Part shown: piece after piece, positions 34,955 through 46,989 of the stretch
Layout: each line of letters starts with the position of its first letter
Position numbering within the stretch: the stretch's first letter is position 1
Source of the DNA: an uncultured virus (IMG/VR IMGVR_UViG_3300025033_000013)
Lineage: Duplodnaviria > Heunggongvirae > Uroviricota > Caudoviricetes
IMG/VR virus record: IMGVR_UViG_3300025033_000013
Reading direction: 5' to 3' (one strand)
Length of the DNA stretch: 64,000 bases
Translations under genes and position numbers: made by a program
The notes under the pieces: model-generated
Told to the model about the DNA's origin: nothing
Database searches by the model: none
What the model saw: the letters and a program-made list of their open reading frames with translations, nothing else

Positions 34955-35885
34955 TGTTATTAATATTAATTATTGCATTTGCTATTTCATTTGCCACTGA
35001 AATGACGGTCAATTTACCACCCATATTATATATTTCTTCTTCTTGTTCTAATGAATTTGAACAAATAAATTCATCAATAATAGAACTTTCAATCATCTCA
35101 TAAGCATTACCACTCATAACCGCATGCGTTACCAACACTCTAACGGTTAATGCCCCAGCGGCTAATAATGCATTGGCTCCTTTAACCAATGTATTACCAG
35201 TATCACACATATCATCTATTACCAAAACATCTTTACCTTCAACATTACCCAACACTTCCATACTATCAACATTGTTAGCTTCCGACCTAGTTTTATCTAT
35301 TGATACGAATGATAATTTAATACTTTCATTACGCTTATATATAAGGTCTCTTATCATTTTAACACGTTTTAATCCACCAGCGTCAGGTGAGCATAAAACG
35401 GTCTTAGAAGAGCTTGTTTTAACTATATAATCATGGAATAGATATTTACCTCTTAAATGAATTACGGGTATTCTAAAAAACCCTTCAATTTGGTCTGAAT
35501 GCAAGTCTAATGTAATAATAGACGTTGCCCCTCTACCTTCAATCATTTCAACCATAACTCTAGCACCAATTGGGCCTCTTCGTTGGTCACGTTTATCTTG
35601 TCTAGCATAAGGAAAATAAGGTATTATGGGTATTATTTCAGCAGCACTAGCTCGTTTAAGGGCATCTATTGCTAACATTAGTTGCATGATTTTTAATGAT
35701 GAATTTGGTGATGTAAGAAGATACACTCTTTTACCTCTAACACTTGTTTTAAAATGTGGGCATGTTTCACCATCTTTAAAGATTGGAATTGCAACTTCAC
35801 CCAAAACAATTGCGTGCCAACTGGAATCAATTATTCCATTGAATAAACTATTAGTTTCATTTAGATTAAATATTACTGATTCCAT
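34935..35885 (-). CDS. prs: ribose-phosphate pyrophosphokinase-like protein
   Basis: FKDGE, PYFPYARQDKR, DLHS, SPDAGG and VIDDMCDTGNT motifs. Confidence 0.9.
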   Translation of the reverse strand: MESVIFNLNETNSLFNGIIDSSWHAIVLGEVAIPIFKDGETCPHFKTSVRGKRVYLLTSPNSSLKIMQLMLAIDALKRASAAEIIPIIPYFPYARQDKRDQRRGPIGARVMVEMIEGRGATSIITLDLHSDQIEGFFRIPVIHLRGKYLFHDYIVKTSSSKTVLCSPDAGGLKRVKMIRDLIYKRNESIKLSFVSIDKTRSEANNVDSMEVLGNVEGKDVLVIDDMCDTGNTLVKGANALLAAGALTVRVLVTHAVMSGNAYEMIESSIIDEFICSNSLEQEEEIYNMGGKLTVISVANEIANAIININNSGSIHR

Positions 35886-37082
35886 TTATATCTTTTTCCA
35901 GTTTTTAAGATTATATTTTGTGCGATAAACTCCAGCTTCAAATTTCTGTACATAACAGCAAATTTCTAACGCTTTTGGTAATGTATACCATACACGTTTT
36001 ATGATTTCTTTTTGTTCATCAGTGTATTGTGGTCCATATGGGCTTAATGGGTCAAAATCATCTTCTGGTTTACCAAATAACATAATACCAATGTCTTCAA
36101 TAATGTGAAAACCACCAAAAGGTGTTTCAGCACCTTCTTCGATAAAGCTTGATATTTTATTACTGTCTTTGATTATTTCCCAACCCAAATGCTTAATTAA
36201 AATTAAGTGATACTCTTCTATTTCAAATTTTACTAATACCATTATATTAATCTTGTTTTTTCTATGTATTCTATTTTAAAAAAGCAACCTTGACCTTGAT
36301 AAAGGCTCATTTCATAGTTTCTAAATTGATAACGAGCTGTTTGAAACATATCTTCACTCTCTAATTCAGTTCCATATTCTTGAAAAAAATCAAACACTAC
36401 GCCCATCAACGTACTACTACCATCAATCCCACGATAATATAATCTATCCTGAATCTTTTCTTCCCATTTACAATATCTAACTACTAAACTATGTAAACAC
36501 TCATTAGTTAATGTTTGAACGTATTTATTAAGATTTTTAACTCTCTTTTTTTGTCGTTTATCAGCACGAGCAAGCCTACCGAAATATTCTTCAGTTGCCT
36601 TTTTACCCTCTTCACTTTCAAGTATGGCTTTTAACTTATCTACCATTTCACTCATAACTAATTTTATTTAATGCAAATATACACAATTTTTTCTAATTAA
36701 CCAAGTAATTAAAGACCATTATTATATTTCTTATTAAACCAATCTAATTTTACAATATCGACTTTACAATTTGGTGCTCTCATTTTACCATCAGATAAGA
36801 ACATTTTAATAGCCCTATCTTTAGTTATAATATTATTACTTTTATCGTATTTAGTTGGTGACCACCCTAAACGTAATATAAAACTTATTTTTCATCACTA
36901 TTAAGTTTTATGAATTCTTTCAATTTATTATCAACAAATTTTGACTTATTAATTGCTAATGAATCAGCTAATTCACAGAAGTTATTATAAATTTCTTCAT
37001 CTAATGTAAATGTTTTTTTAATTTTTTTTCTTTTCATAATTGTAATACTTATACATATAAATATTACAATTTATTAGAAAAG

Positions 37083-37586
37083 TCAAGAATCTTTATATTT
37101 TTCCTTAAAATAATCGTAAATAAGCTTCCATTTTGTTGGGTCAAAACCGCTTTTATCTTCAAATAAGATATTCATGTATGGCTTCTTATCATAATTTCCA
37201 TACCCACTTGTTTGAACATCAGGGTTTTCATTCACATATTTGAAGATTATTCCATCTTCTTTGAACTTTGCTTGATATTCAATAATCTCATCTTCATGTG
37301 AACATGTGTAGATATTTAAATCTAAATCACTCTGTTTACTAAGTAATTGAAGTGTTTCTTTAGCGTAAGGATAATAAACAAGGTCAGTATTTCCGACAGC
37401 CCTATTAGGTTTTATGATAGTCCCATGCAAATCAAACATCAAGAATATTCTATCCCAACCTCTATCACGCATATTTTGATATTCACGCTCAATTGATTTA
37501 ATGATATCAGGTGTTTTTGTAATCCAGAAAGTATTTAACCATAAAGTTAAAAACATAATGGTTGTTATCATAAAAAATATTGTCAT
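37083..37586 (-). CDS. HAD-like protein
   Basis: FDLHGTI, YTC, VNENP and FEDKSG motifs. Confidence 0.65.
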   Translation of the reverse strand: MTIFFMITTIMFLTLWLNTFWITKTPDIIKSIEREYQNMRDRGWDRIFLMFDLHGTIIKPNRAVGNTDLVYYPYAKETLQLLSKQSDLDLNIYTCSHEDEIIEYQAKFKEDGIIFKYVNENPDVQTSGYGNYDKKPYMNILFEDKSGFDPTKWKLIYDYFKEKYKDS

Positions 37587-37921
37587 AGCTTATTATTTAA
37601 AGTATTTTTTTAATGAATTTAATTTTTTCTGCTAGATACCATACACCACCTTGATTTTCGGGGCGTTTCATTTCAGTAAACCCATCGATTTCCAATTCAA
37701 CCCAAATTCGATTTTCACCAGTTTTAAGTTGCGTTTTCAAATGTGGTGCTGACATCTTAGCTGTACAATGAAAAAATGGTCTTTCCGCAAAACCGTTTGT
37801 TGGATGGTTTTGCGCCTCATACCAAATCCCAAAATCATATCGCTCTTGCTTGTTGATGAATAAGGAAGTGATTTCGCCATTTTTCAATTCTCGTACTAAT
37901 TTATACGCTTTCATTATATGC

Positions 37922-38305
37922 TCATGATAATTCGTCTCTAACTATTGTACTTAACACCCTACCATCGTATGTCCCATCATATTTACTTTTGAAATGAGCC
38001 ATAATAAGCCCCATACCACTCATTGATTCGATATCATCTTTGTTGATAACTTCTTTAACCAAATATCTCATTTGAGATTCAGTTATTTGTTGGGGTAAAT
38101 ATTTTTCCAACACTTCAACTTCAGCATCATTACCACCGTTTTCTTTGATATTTTCAATCATTTTTTTAACTGTTCTAATTACATCAGCATCTTCAGTTAA
38201 GAAACCTCTTTGTAATTCACCTCGTAATACTCGTAACACATCTCTTTTAAGTGTATCACCTTCTTTCATGGCTTGTACCATGTCTTTTTTAATTTGTTCT
38301 ACCAT
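37922..38305 (-). CDS. GatB/YqeY domain protein
   Basis: IKKDMVQAMKEGD...E.EVLEKYLPQQ...MGLIM...DG pattern. Confidence 0.85.
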   Translation of the reverse strand: MVEQIKKDMVQAMKEGDTLKRDVLRVLRGELQRGFLTEDADVIRTVKKMIENIKENGGNDAEVEVLEKYLPQQITESQMRYLVKEVINKDDIESMSGMGLIMAHFKSKYDGTYDGRVLSTIVRDELS

Positions 38306-38880
38306 TTTAATTTATATTTGTTTTCAGTCCCATCAGCCTTACTATATCTAAAATCTTTTGCTTCTACAGTAATCGCATCTTTAGTAGATAACGTTTGTAC
38401 ATATTTCTTACCAGTTCCAGCTTTAACATATGCTATCGTTGCATGTGGATAATAATCGGGGTAATCGCTTGTATGAGGTAATTTTACAAATTTAGTATTC
38501 ATATCACTTAACTTACCTTTACTAACCCCAGTGATATCGAATTTAACAACGTCATATTTATCATTATTCTCGAAGATTGAAATCTTTTTCAATATCAATT
38601 CCGTTGGTTTAAGTCCATCAACCAATTCTTCAATTTTAGAATCTGGAACATCCGCATGCAAACCATATAATACGGTTACATGTGGGTCATTTTCACGGCC
38701 ATATGTCTGGTCACCTTCTTCTTCATAAAGGTCCTCATCAGCTATTAATGATTGAATCCTATCCCAATCACTTTTCTTTATATTAAAATAAAGCATAACA
38801 CACCCATAATCATAAGTGTCACCTTTCTTTTCTAATAAACCTCTTCTTAATTCTTCTTTAATTTTATATTTCATTACCAA
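38299..38880 (-). CDS. 2H phosphoesterase, Acb1 (anti-CBASS)-like
   Basis: Two HxT motifs (PHVTVLYG and PHATIAY). Confidence 0.7.
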   Translation of the reverse strand: MVMKYKIKEELRRGLLEKKGDTYDYGCVMLYFNIKKSDWDRIQSLIADEDLYEEEGDQTYGRENDPHVTVLYGLHADVPDSKIEELVDGLKPTELILKKISIFENNDKYDVVKFDITGVSKGKLSDMNTKFVKLPHTSDYPDYYPHATIAYVKAGTGKKYVQTLSTKDAITVEAKDFRYSKADGTENKYKLKW

Positions 38881-39812
38881 TTGTTTTTATTATGTTCATC
38901 ATCAGGATATAAATCGGGTACGTTATCTGACTGCCAATATTCGTTGGTATCAATATCCATTATAGTTAATTTACCACCCCCACCAGCACCAGTATCAACA
39001 TTCCAAATCTTATCAGCTTTTATAGGTTCAGTACCTCTTACCGCTGTATGTCCAATGAATATTTGGTTGAATTGTTCAGGATAAATCAACATCATTCCTG
39101 AATCTTTAATCTCTAACGCTCTTTTCCATAAATGTCTATCCCACATGAATATGTAAGGTAAAGTTTGTTTTATCGGAATACCTAGATTAAACCCACCATG
39201 AACAAATAAATTATTAAGGTGGTCTTTATAATAATTGTTTTGTTTTCTGAAGAAAGCTTTATGACTATCTGGTACATCACCTGAATTAAAATTCAAAATA
39301 TATCCATTATCTCTAAAAAATTCATCATCTTTACTTGGTAACTTTTGAATCAATAATTCAATCCCAGCAGCTTTTGCGTATGATTTAGCTGTAGATAAAG
39401 CACCCATCCCCCATCGTTCTGAATGAACGGTAGTGTCTAAAAACTCTTGAAACCAAAAGTCATGATTCCCACGAATATCAATTCTATTCTTAATCTTAAG
39501 CAACTCTTCAACCACCATGAATGAATCGCCCCATCCATCAACAATATCACCAATGGTTATAAGCTCATCATTATCATAGTCAAATCCACAACGTTCTAAA
39601 ACTTGTAAAAGTGCTAAATATGCGCCATGTATGTCGCCCAAGATGAAGCGTCGCCCCTTTTTATTTGTATTTTTTATTTCTAAATTATCTTTAATTTTAT
39701 TAATTTTTAAAATTCCAAATATAACCTTTATATTTTTTATTTTATTTCTACAACGCTCAGATATAGCACTTATACACCCATATATTTTATATATTTCAAA
39801 CATTAATCCCAC
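38874..39812 (-). CDS. metallophosphoesterase (Ser/Thr phosphatase family)
   Basis: GDIHG, GDIVD, RGNHD, VHGG, GHT and DTGA motifs. Confidence 0.9.
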   Translation of the reverse strand: MGLMFEIYKIYGCISAISERCRNKIKNIKVIFGILKINKIKDNLEIKNTNKKGRRFILGDIHGAYLALLQVLERCGFDYDNDELITIGDIVDGWGDSFMVVEELLKIKNRIDIRGNHDFWFQEFLDTTVHSERWGMGALSTAKSYAKAAGIELLIQKLPSKDDEFFRDNGYILNFNSGDVPDSHKAFFRKQNNYYKDHLNNLFVHGGFNLGIPIKQTLPYIFMWDRHLWKRALEIKDSGMMLIYPEQFNQIFIGHTAVRGTEPIKADKIWNVDTGAGGGGKLTIMDIDTNEYWQSDNVPDLYPDDEHNKNNW

Positions 39813-40855
39813 ATTTTTTGAATGTTATGTTCCACTAATTCCCATAAAAGTTTATGCGCTCTAAGTTGTTTTTCATGGCTTTCTTTTAACAACCTTAATC
39901 TAGTTTCATTAATCTCTTTAATCCGCTCAGGGGTTTCAGTTAATTCATATGAATATTTCAACTCACTATAACCTTGATTGTCTTCACATGGAATAAATTT
40001 ATGCTTTAATATATCTTCACCATATAGTTCAATTAGTTTATCATAATATTCACCTCCATATTCTTCATCATAAACTTTATCCATTAAATTAATTATCATC
40101 TGTAAACGTTTATGATTATCTTTAGCTGATAAAGTCATTGCTTTATCTGAATTTAAATAATCTGAAGTTTTTTGTAATTGAAATTTAAATACATCAATGG
40201 CATATCTATAATCAAAATCGAATTGATTCCAAATGATAGGTAACCATCTAAATACGTTACGTATTTGCCAAAATTTTCTTTTAAACCAATATTTAATATC
40301 ACCCATTAATCTTTTTTTAATATATTTTCTAAAAATAATTTAATTTGTTCTAATTTTTTGATATCACTCAAATTTTCAGGGAAAATCACTATTCCCTTAT
40401 TCAAACCATCAAAATTATTCGTTCCAAACTTTAAATCACCATTTTCTGTTTCTTCTATTATCATTCTCCTAGTTTATAAATTTTAGTACCATTTAAGGTT
40501 TTTGTCCCTTCTAACAGTTTAAATACTTCTAGTTCAAATATATCTGATTTAAGTACAATGTGTTCAAAATTAGCGTCTATTATAGTAGGAAATACACCCT
40601 TTAATGTACCAACATGAAGTTTTTTATAAAAAATCTTACAATCAATTTTATATGAAGACGCTATTGGTTTTGAATTATGATATTCTGTATTAACCAAACG
40701 GTCATTAAGATATAGAATCAAATCTTCATCGGCATTTTCAATAACAACTTTATAATTATTTGGGTTACGATTTAATGATTCATCATATTCAGGTAATAAT
40801 ATTTCAGCCTCATACCTAATATCGTTAATTTCAATTTCAATTATTTTTTTATACA

Positions 40856-41389
40856 TTATTCTTTAACTTTTATATATTTTGGTGGAACTTCATCCACTAA
40901 CCAAACACCATTCTTTGATTGAAAGAACTTGAATTTATCAGCATACATAGCACCACTATTAACAACCAATATGATTGCCTCACCTCTTCTACTACCAACT
41001 TTAGTCGCAGTAGATAAATCATGGCTTAAATTGACTGCATGGCGATTCATTTTCTTTAGACCATCTTTTTTGATTGCATCCAGAAATTTAGATACAGTTC
41101 CATGGTATAACTCCATTGGTGGTCGTTGAGCTTTAAGTTGTAAATCAACCTTTACACTATGACCTTGAGCCGCTCTAATTTTGGTTTCATCTTCGTTAAA
41201 TTCGAAACGTTTTTTATCATTAAAATAAACAATTTCCTTTAATTCCATTAAAGGAATCTCTTTATTATGCTGTTTTAATTTAGCTAATAATTCATCAACC
41301 TCAACCCATCCATTTTTATCCAATTTTATTTTAATGGTTTCAGGTTTATGTCTTAAAACCAAACTTAAAAATTTACTATTATTTTTCAT
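40856..41389 (-). CDS. kptA: RNA 2'-phosphotransferase (Tpt1/KptA)
   Basis: LSLVLRH, DKKRF, IRAAQGHS, LYHGT and NGVWL motifs. Confidence 0.92.
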   Translation of the reverse strand: MKNNSKFLSLVLRHKPETIKIKLDKNGWVEVDELLAKLKQHNKEIPLMELKEIVYFNDKKRFEFNEDETKIRAAQGHSVKVDLQLKAQRPPMELYHGTVSKFLDAIKKDGLKKMNRHAVNLSHDLSTATKVGSRRGEAIILVVNSGAMYADKFKFFQSKNGVWLVDEVPPKYIKVKE

Positions 41390-42033
41390 TTTTTAATTTA
41401 TTAATATAGATATGAATCAAACAATGGTGAATATCTATAATTATTACGTCTTAACCAACTAGTAACTTTATCCCTTCCAACTTTACCATCTTCAAAGTAA
41501 CATGAAGTCTCTAAATAAACTACTATTTCAGCGGGTATTAAGAAATTTATCATGCGGTTATTTGAATTTTCACTTCTTCTAGTAGAAATTTTAACTTTAC
41601 CTTCACTTATCAATTTTGGAAATTTATAACGTAATTGTTTTAATTTTACATCTCTATCCATCTTTCAGTAATTATTCTACTTTAAACTTTATAATATTTA
41701 ACTCTAAAATTCTACCTAACCCCATTGAAGATGTTGCTGAATTCTCAATATGTTCAATTCTTTTATTTATAAACTCATAAAGTTCTTTCATCATATACTT
41801 CTTTGCAACGTTCTCGGTTTAAATATTCACTATTCAAACACCTTTCTTTAAAATCAGTAATATCCATTATTTGAATGAATACTTCTTCCAAATCAATATC
41901 ATGTTCAGAAAACATTTCAATACTTTCATTAGCTAAATCAAAATCATCAGTATGATATACAACTAACGCTAAAAATTCTTCAGGATAGTGCCACATTTGG
42001 GTTAAACCATGTAGTATGGTCTGCAATCTAGGG

Positions 42034-42630
42034 TCATTTTCTATTTTTTCTAATGGATTCATTAATATATTTTATGTTTAATAAAAAAGCATCTTTTAAA
42101 GAATTCGGGAATTTTGATTTACCTAACCAAATTTCATCATAAGCTTGTTTCATCTGTGCGGCACATATTTCAGGTGATACATTACCCACACCAGTTCCTA
42201 AACCACTAATTGTAACTTTATTAATTCTAGTTTCACCTTTTAATTGACTAAAAATAGCTTTGGCCGCTAAATAGACATTAACTGTATTCTCAATATTCAT
42301 GGAGACTCTCATTGTTGGTGCTGAAATACAAAATGGTATTTCTTTGTTTTCAGTTGGAACCATTATTGCTTGACCAACCAATAATTCTTTTATATCAGTT
42401 TCTTTAATTCGGTCTTGAATATTTTTCTCAACTTGTGAACCTAAACGTTTAGTAATCACACCATCTAAGCCGCCATCCATAAACCCAAATGAATTTGCTG
42501 GTGATACTATGCAGTCAGTTTCTGGTGTGAAAAAGTCGCCACAAAATGTAATAACATCGTCACAATCCACGAATTCTTTTGCCCATGCATCGCACATTTC
42601 TTTATTTCTATCTACTAATTGTATTATCAT
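42034..42630 (-). CDS. macro domain (ADP-ribose) protein
   Basis: VSPANSFGFMDGGLD, APTM and GLGTGVG motifs. Confidence 0.9.
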   Translation of the reverse strand: MIIQLVDRNKEMCDAWAKEFVDCDDVITFCGDFFTPETDCIVSPANSFGFMDGGLDGVITKRLGSQVEKNIQDRIKETDIKELLVGQAIMVPTENKEIPFCISAPTMRVSMNIENTVNVYLAAKAIFSQLKGETRINKVTISGLGTGVGNVSPEICAAQMKQAYDEIWLGKSKFPNSLKDAFLLNIKYINESIRKNRK

Positions 42631-43286
42631 AATTTATATTTTGTGTTGCAAATATACTAAATTTATTTGAAAATAATAAATTTTTACCACTCAAAATCAT
42701 CCCAACACCAAATCGGTCCATTTTCTATGTAACCGCCAGAAACGTTATATGTAAAATATTCATATGCTTCTTCATACGACATTTCATCTCGTTCCATTAA
42801 TATTGCAATACATTTACTTACAGAGTATATTAATCTTGGGTCTGTAAAATCAGTTGCAATACCAATAACAGCTTTATCAAAACCATCAGCTATGAAGATT
42901 TACTCATCTTCATAATTTTCTAAAATTTGTTCTAACATAATTATTTTTTTATTTGTTTATTATACCATTTAATGAAATTAAGTACCGCCTGATATGTTGC
43001 TTCTAACTTTGTACTTAATACAACATTATTAAAATATATTGGTGGATTAGCAATTGGTTTATCAAGCCTTAATTTAGTACCTTGAATGGTACACCCGTTA
43101 GCACCAATATATACAGCGAAATAGCCATGATGCTCATCTTTGATTGATTCGATTTTTTCAACCACCAACATTAATTTATCCCATTTTTCATGATATCTTA
43201 ATTGACTAGCATGATATGGGTCACCATCAATTTCATATCCATTGTAATCGGGGTGTTTGGAATAACCCATAAATTCAGCAATTAGT

Positions 43287-43718
43287 TCATTTATTTTTTC
43301 TGTTTTCATCCCTTTTTTCCATTATTAATTTACCTAAATTGTTTTCACCTATACCAGTTTTGATAACAACACCCCAAAAAGTATCATTCCACCAGTTGCC
43401 TTCTTGAATATACATGTTACCCGTTTCATCCAATTGGGTTTTATATGGTTCTTGAGAAAACTTCTGGTTAATACATTCTCTCATTACATCAAGTTTGAAA
43501 TCATGCCAACCCTCAATTAAGAAGATACCTTTACTTTCAGCTTTTATTTGTCTTGCTGATATTTGACCATCGGCACATCTAGATTTCCATTCCATATTAT
43601 GCGATTTGGCCGACATATAAGCGTGTTCGACTGATGGATATTCAATTCCATCATACATTATTTTAACTGGTGTCATGTTGCTTAACCAAGCATATTGACC
43701 TTTAAACGATTCTATCAT
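43287..43718 (-). CDS. NADAR family protein
   Basis: LSN, YPSVEHAY..AK, KF, EGN.W.DTFWG and GENNLGKLIM motifs. Confidence 0.9.
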   Translation of the reverse strand: MIESFKGQYAWLSNMTPVKIMYDGIEYPSVEHAYMSAKSHNMEWKSRCADGQISARQIKAESKGIFLIEGWHDFKLDVMRECINQKFSQEPYKTQLDETGNMYIQEGNWWNDTFWGVVIKTGIGENNLGKLIMEKRDENRKNK

Positions 43719-44087
43719 GACGCAATTATACTATAAAAAAATGAATAAACAAATTTTTTACCTATAAATCACTAAAAGTATCTTCGTCTGTATCATATTC
43801 AAATTCACAACATGGGTATTCTCTACCCTTACTATCTAATGGAGTCCATTCAACGTCTTTCTCAAGCCACTTCCAATCTTTACCTTCAACCCCATCTTTG
43901 TCGGTTGGTGCACTTTCCCATTTATTAAATAAATGGTGTGAATTACAAGAGCAACCTCTTGGAACACAATCATCACATGAAAAATCATTATCACTATCAC
44001 TATAACCTGGCATGTATAACCATTTCGCTGGCTTACCGCAATCACAATATTTCTTACCCATTTATAAAATCTTCTATACAATTATTA

Positions 44088-44300
44088 GTGAACTACCCAC
44101 CCACGCCAGAGGCGATGGGTTGGGCTTCGGGGGTCACAGACTCACCTAATGGTAACGCCTCATCCCGTTTTTGTTTATACTCCGATTGCATCCCAAAACC
44201 AGAGTTAATAAAAATATACGACTTTATTTTTAAAATTCAAATCTTTTGGTTGCTTACATCCCATTCACGCTAAAGCGATGAATGGGTTTTACGCTCCTTT
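44088..44300 (-). mobile_element. IS200/IS605-derived MITE
   Basis: Near-identical to 24768-24980; supplies the C-terminus of ORF 44270..44629. Confidence 0.9.
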
Positions 44301-44652
44301 ATAAAGCTTTTAAGATACAAATAATTGAAAGTACCTTTATTAAGTACTCTATCACTTATCTTACTGACTAGTTCTTCTTTATTTTCCCAAATTCGTTTTG
44401 CTATCTCACCATCCAATGCTGTAGGTAGGTCAATTTCCTTCCTTAAGATACCCCGTATTTCTTCATAAGCATCAATATAATGGGTTGCCCTCATTATATT
44501 ATCTTTATTCATTGAAGCCCATTTATAGTGCTCATTTCGTTTCATGTGATTTTCGAATGAGGTCCAAAATTCATTCATTTTAAATTGAACTCTTTTGTTA
44601 ACTTCAGCTTCTATTAATGCATCATTCATAATTATAATTTATTTAAATTAAA

Positions 44653-44914
44653 AAATAAGTGCATGTCGTACCCACGGTTCTGTTTTAATTATACATTTAC
44701 CTATTTGCCCCAACCCGATTATCATAGGTCTGCCTCTCACCTAAATCTATTTGGGTTGCATCCTCGGTAGTGCAAACGAGTAATAAAGGCATTTACCAAC
44801 GAAGTCTTTGGTATCTTTCCTATTTTATGACTTCTCCTTTATTAAACTCTCCTACCTCTAGCAGTGATGCCGTGAAGTTCCTCACCGTAGTGCGTATAAA
44901 CCTCTGACTTATTT
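44653..44914 (-). ncRNA. rnpB: minimal RNase P RNA
   Basis: GAGGAACTTCACGGC (CR-I) pairs with ACAGAACCGTGGGTA (CR-V) to form P4; terminal P1 AAATAAGT/ACTTATTT. Confidence 0.75.
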
Positions 44915-46449
44915 TTACAATTATACTATAAAACTTTGATATAAACAAATTAAACCTTTAATTTATCATATTCATGCCTAACTTTATCTATCTCAAGTTT
45001 TAATTTATTATATTTTTTATTTAATTCTAATTTCTTTGATAATTCATCTTCATATCTTTGTATAATCTCATCATCTGCCAACTCAACGTTAAATCCTGAA
45101 AATTCATAACCATTATGGTCAGTATGATGTTCTATAGCTATATGTGTCGCACCTTTCTTTTTATACTTCTTCAATAGCTTTTCTAAATCACTAATTTTAA
45201 GTGGTGTTGTATCAACATAGTATCGTACTTTCTTTCTAATTGAATCATTTTTAATTGAATCTATAATGTATATTTCATCATTTTCATAATCATACCCAAA
45301 ACTATCCTGTAGTTCAAAATCCAATTCACTTAATTCATCAACACCAACTAAGTCTTTCCTAATATATATTTTTCTACCTTTGTTATTCATTACTTATTTT
45401 TTAAAAGTTCATTTTGTTCTTTAATTTCTTTTGAATTATCCATCTATTAATTTATTAAGTTCGACTTCCGTTAATTTTATTTTAGTTGTTGATTTTATTT
45501 CATTTTTCCTTTTATGTTCAGGTACATAATACTCATATGGGTTAGGTCCCCATTGTTCAACCTTCTTTTTTTGTTCAATAATTAAAGGTATCATATCAAT
45601 CCAATTCTTTGTGTGCGTATAATATCTCCATCTACCTTCTATCTTATGCCATTTGCTGTGGCCAACTGGAAAATCACTTCTAACATTCCATCGGTAGCTA
45701 TATTGAGCTCTACCTTTATGGTCACCAAATCTAACTGAACCTATTCTACTATCACTAAAACGTATATAAGCACTACCAGTGGTGGCCGCATGCCATAAAT
45801 AACATTCAACCCCTTCCGCTTTTAAACGTTTAATTACTCTTTCAGCTAATTTCTTAAAATTCATCATCAGCTAATTTCTTAAAATTCATCATCAGTTAAT
45901 GGAACAAATAGTATCTATTCCAAATATCTTTACCGCTCATAATTTCCTTTATCTTGGCATTGTATCTTTCAACAACATCTGGATGTTCTTTCGGAAGTTT
46001 TAACTCTTTAGTTATTTCTTTCATAATACCGTCCTTAACCTTTTGATTTTTACTTCTATGACATTTTTGACCTTCCTTTTGTGCATTAGATAACATCTTT
46101 CGATATTTTTTGTGACTCCGCACTTCTTCCTCAGTCATTCCATTTTCAGACATAAGCCTACGAAGTAACTTACTTTCGTCTTTGTTCATTATATGAACAC
46201 CTTCAGGAGCATTTTTATTCTTGCTACCAAATTCTTGCCCAAACCAATATTCGTCACAATCATCCCAATAACTCATAATTCTATATTTTATATTAGAATA
46301 CAAAGATATGAAAAATATTTTAATTACACAAATAAAACTATGATTTTCTTTTAATCTACACTTTAACGATATTATAGGTAGAATGTCGAAATACTTTGAT
46401 AATTGGGTTATTTGTTGTATCTTTGTAAGATTAACTCAAAAATAAAAAT

Positions 46450-46798
46450 TATGAATTGGACATTTAAGAGTAAATTGGAAGATAATGAAGAAGCTAAAGA
46501 AACAATTGAAATTGTTAATAAGTTATTAGATAGAACTGATGTTGAAAGAATGATTTCACCTAAATCAGATGAATACTTTCTAATAGATAGGGTAAATGAA
46601 TACTGTATGGTTATTGGCCATGATAAAATAATATTGGCTAACCATAAATTTAGTACTACTGTGGAATTAGGTTTATCATTTACGGAAAAGGTTAAAAGTA
46701 TCGTAAGAGATAGACTTGAAGATGAACGACAAGCCTTAAAAGAAACCTTATTTGAGAATAAGATTGATTTACTTAAACGAATTAAAGATTCAATTTAA
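46450..46798 (+). CDS. hypothetical protein (rare plus-strand gene)
   Basis: Likely start at MNWTFK, with TATCTTTG promoter element at ~46418. Confidence 0.7.
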
Positions 46799-46812
46799 AT
46801 GTTGTATTTTTG

Positions 46813-46886
46813 TGCGGAATGTCGGATTCGAACCGACAGCTCAACCTTGGAAGGGTCACATGTTAGCCATTGGACACCAATCCCGC
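46813..46886 (-). tRNA. tRNA-Gly(TCC)
   Basis: Cloverleaf with anticodon loop CT-TCC-AA and T-loop TTCGAAT. Confidence 0.9.
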
Positions 46887-46989
46887 AAGTCGGTGTCTCA
46901 ACTACCTTTCACACCTAGCAGTTCACTAAGGAGTGTTGAGTCAGCTCTCAACAATATATTACTTATACAGTTGCTGGGGTTGTTTTACC

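Noticed and set aside
45842..45895. Short tandem duplications here and at 24623-24662
   Set aside because: Two-copy slippage duplications of gene starts, with no further structure.
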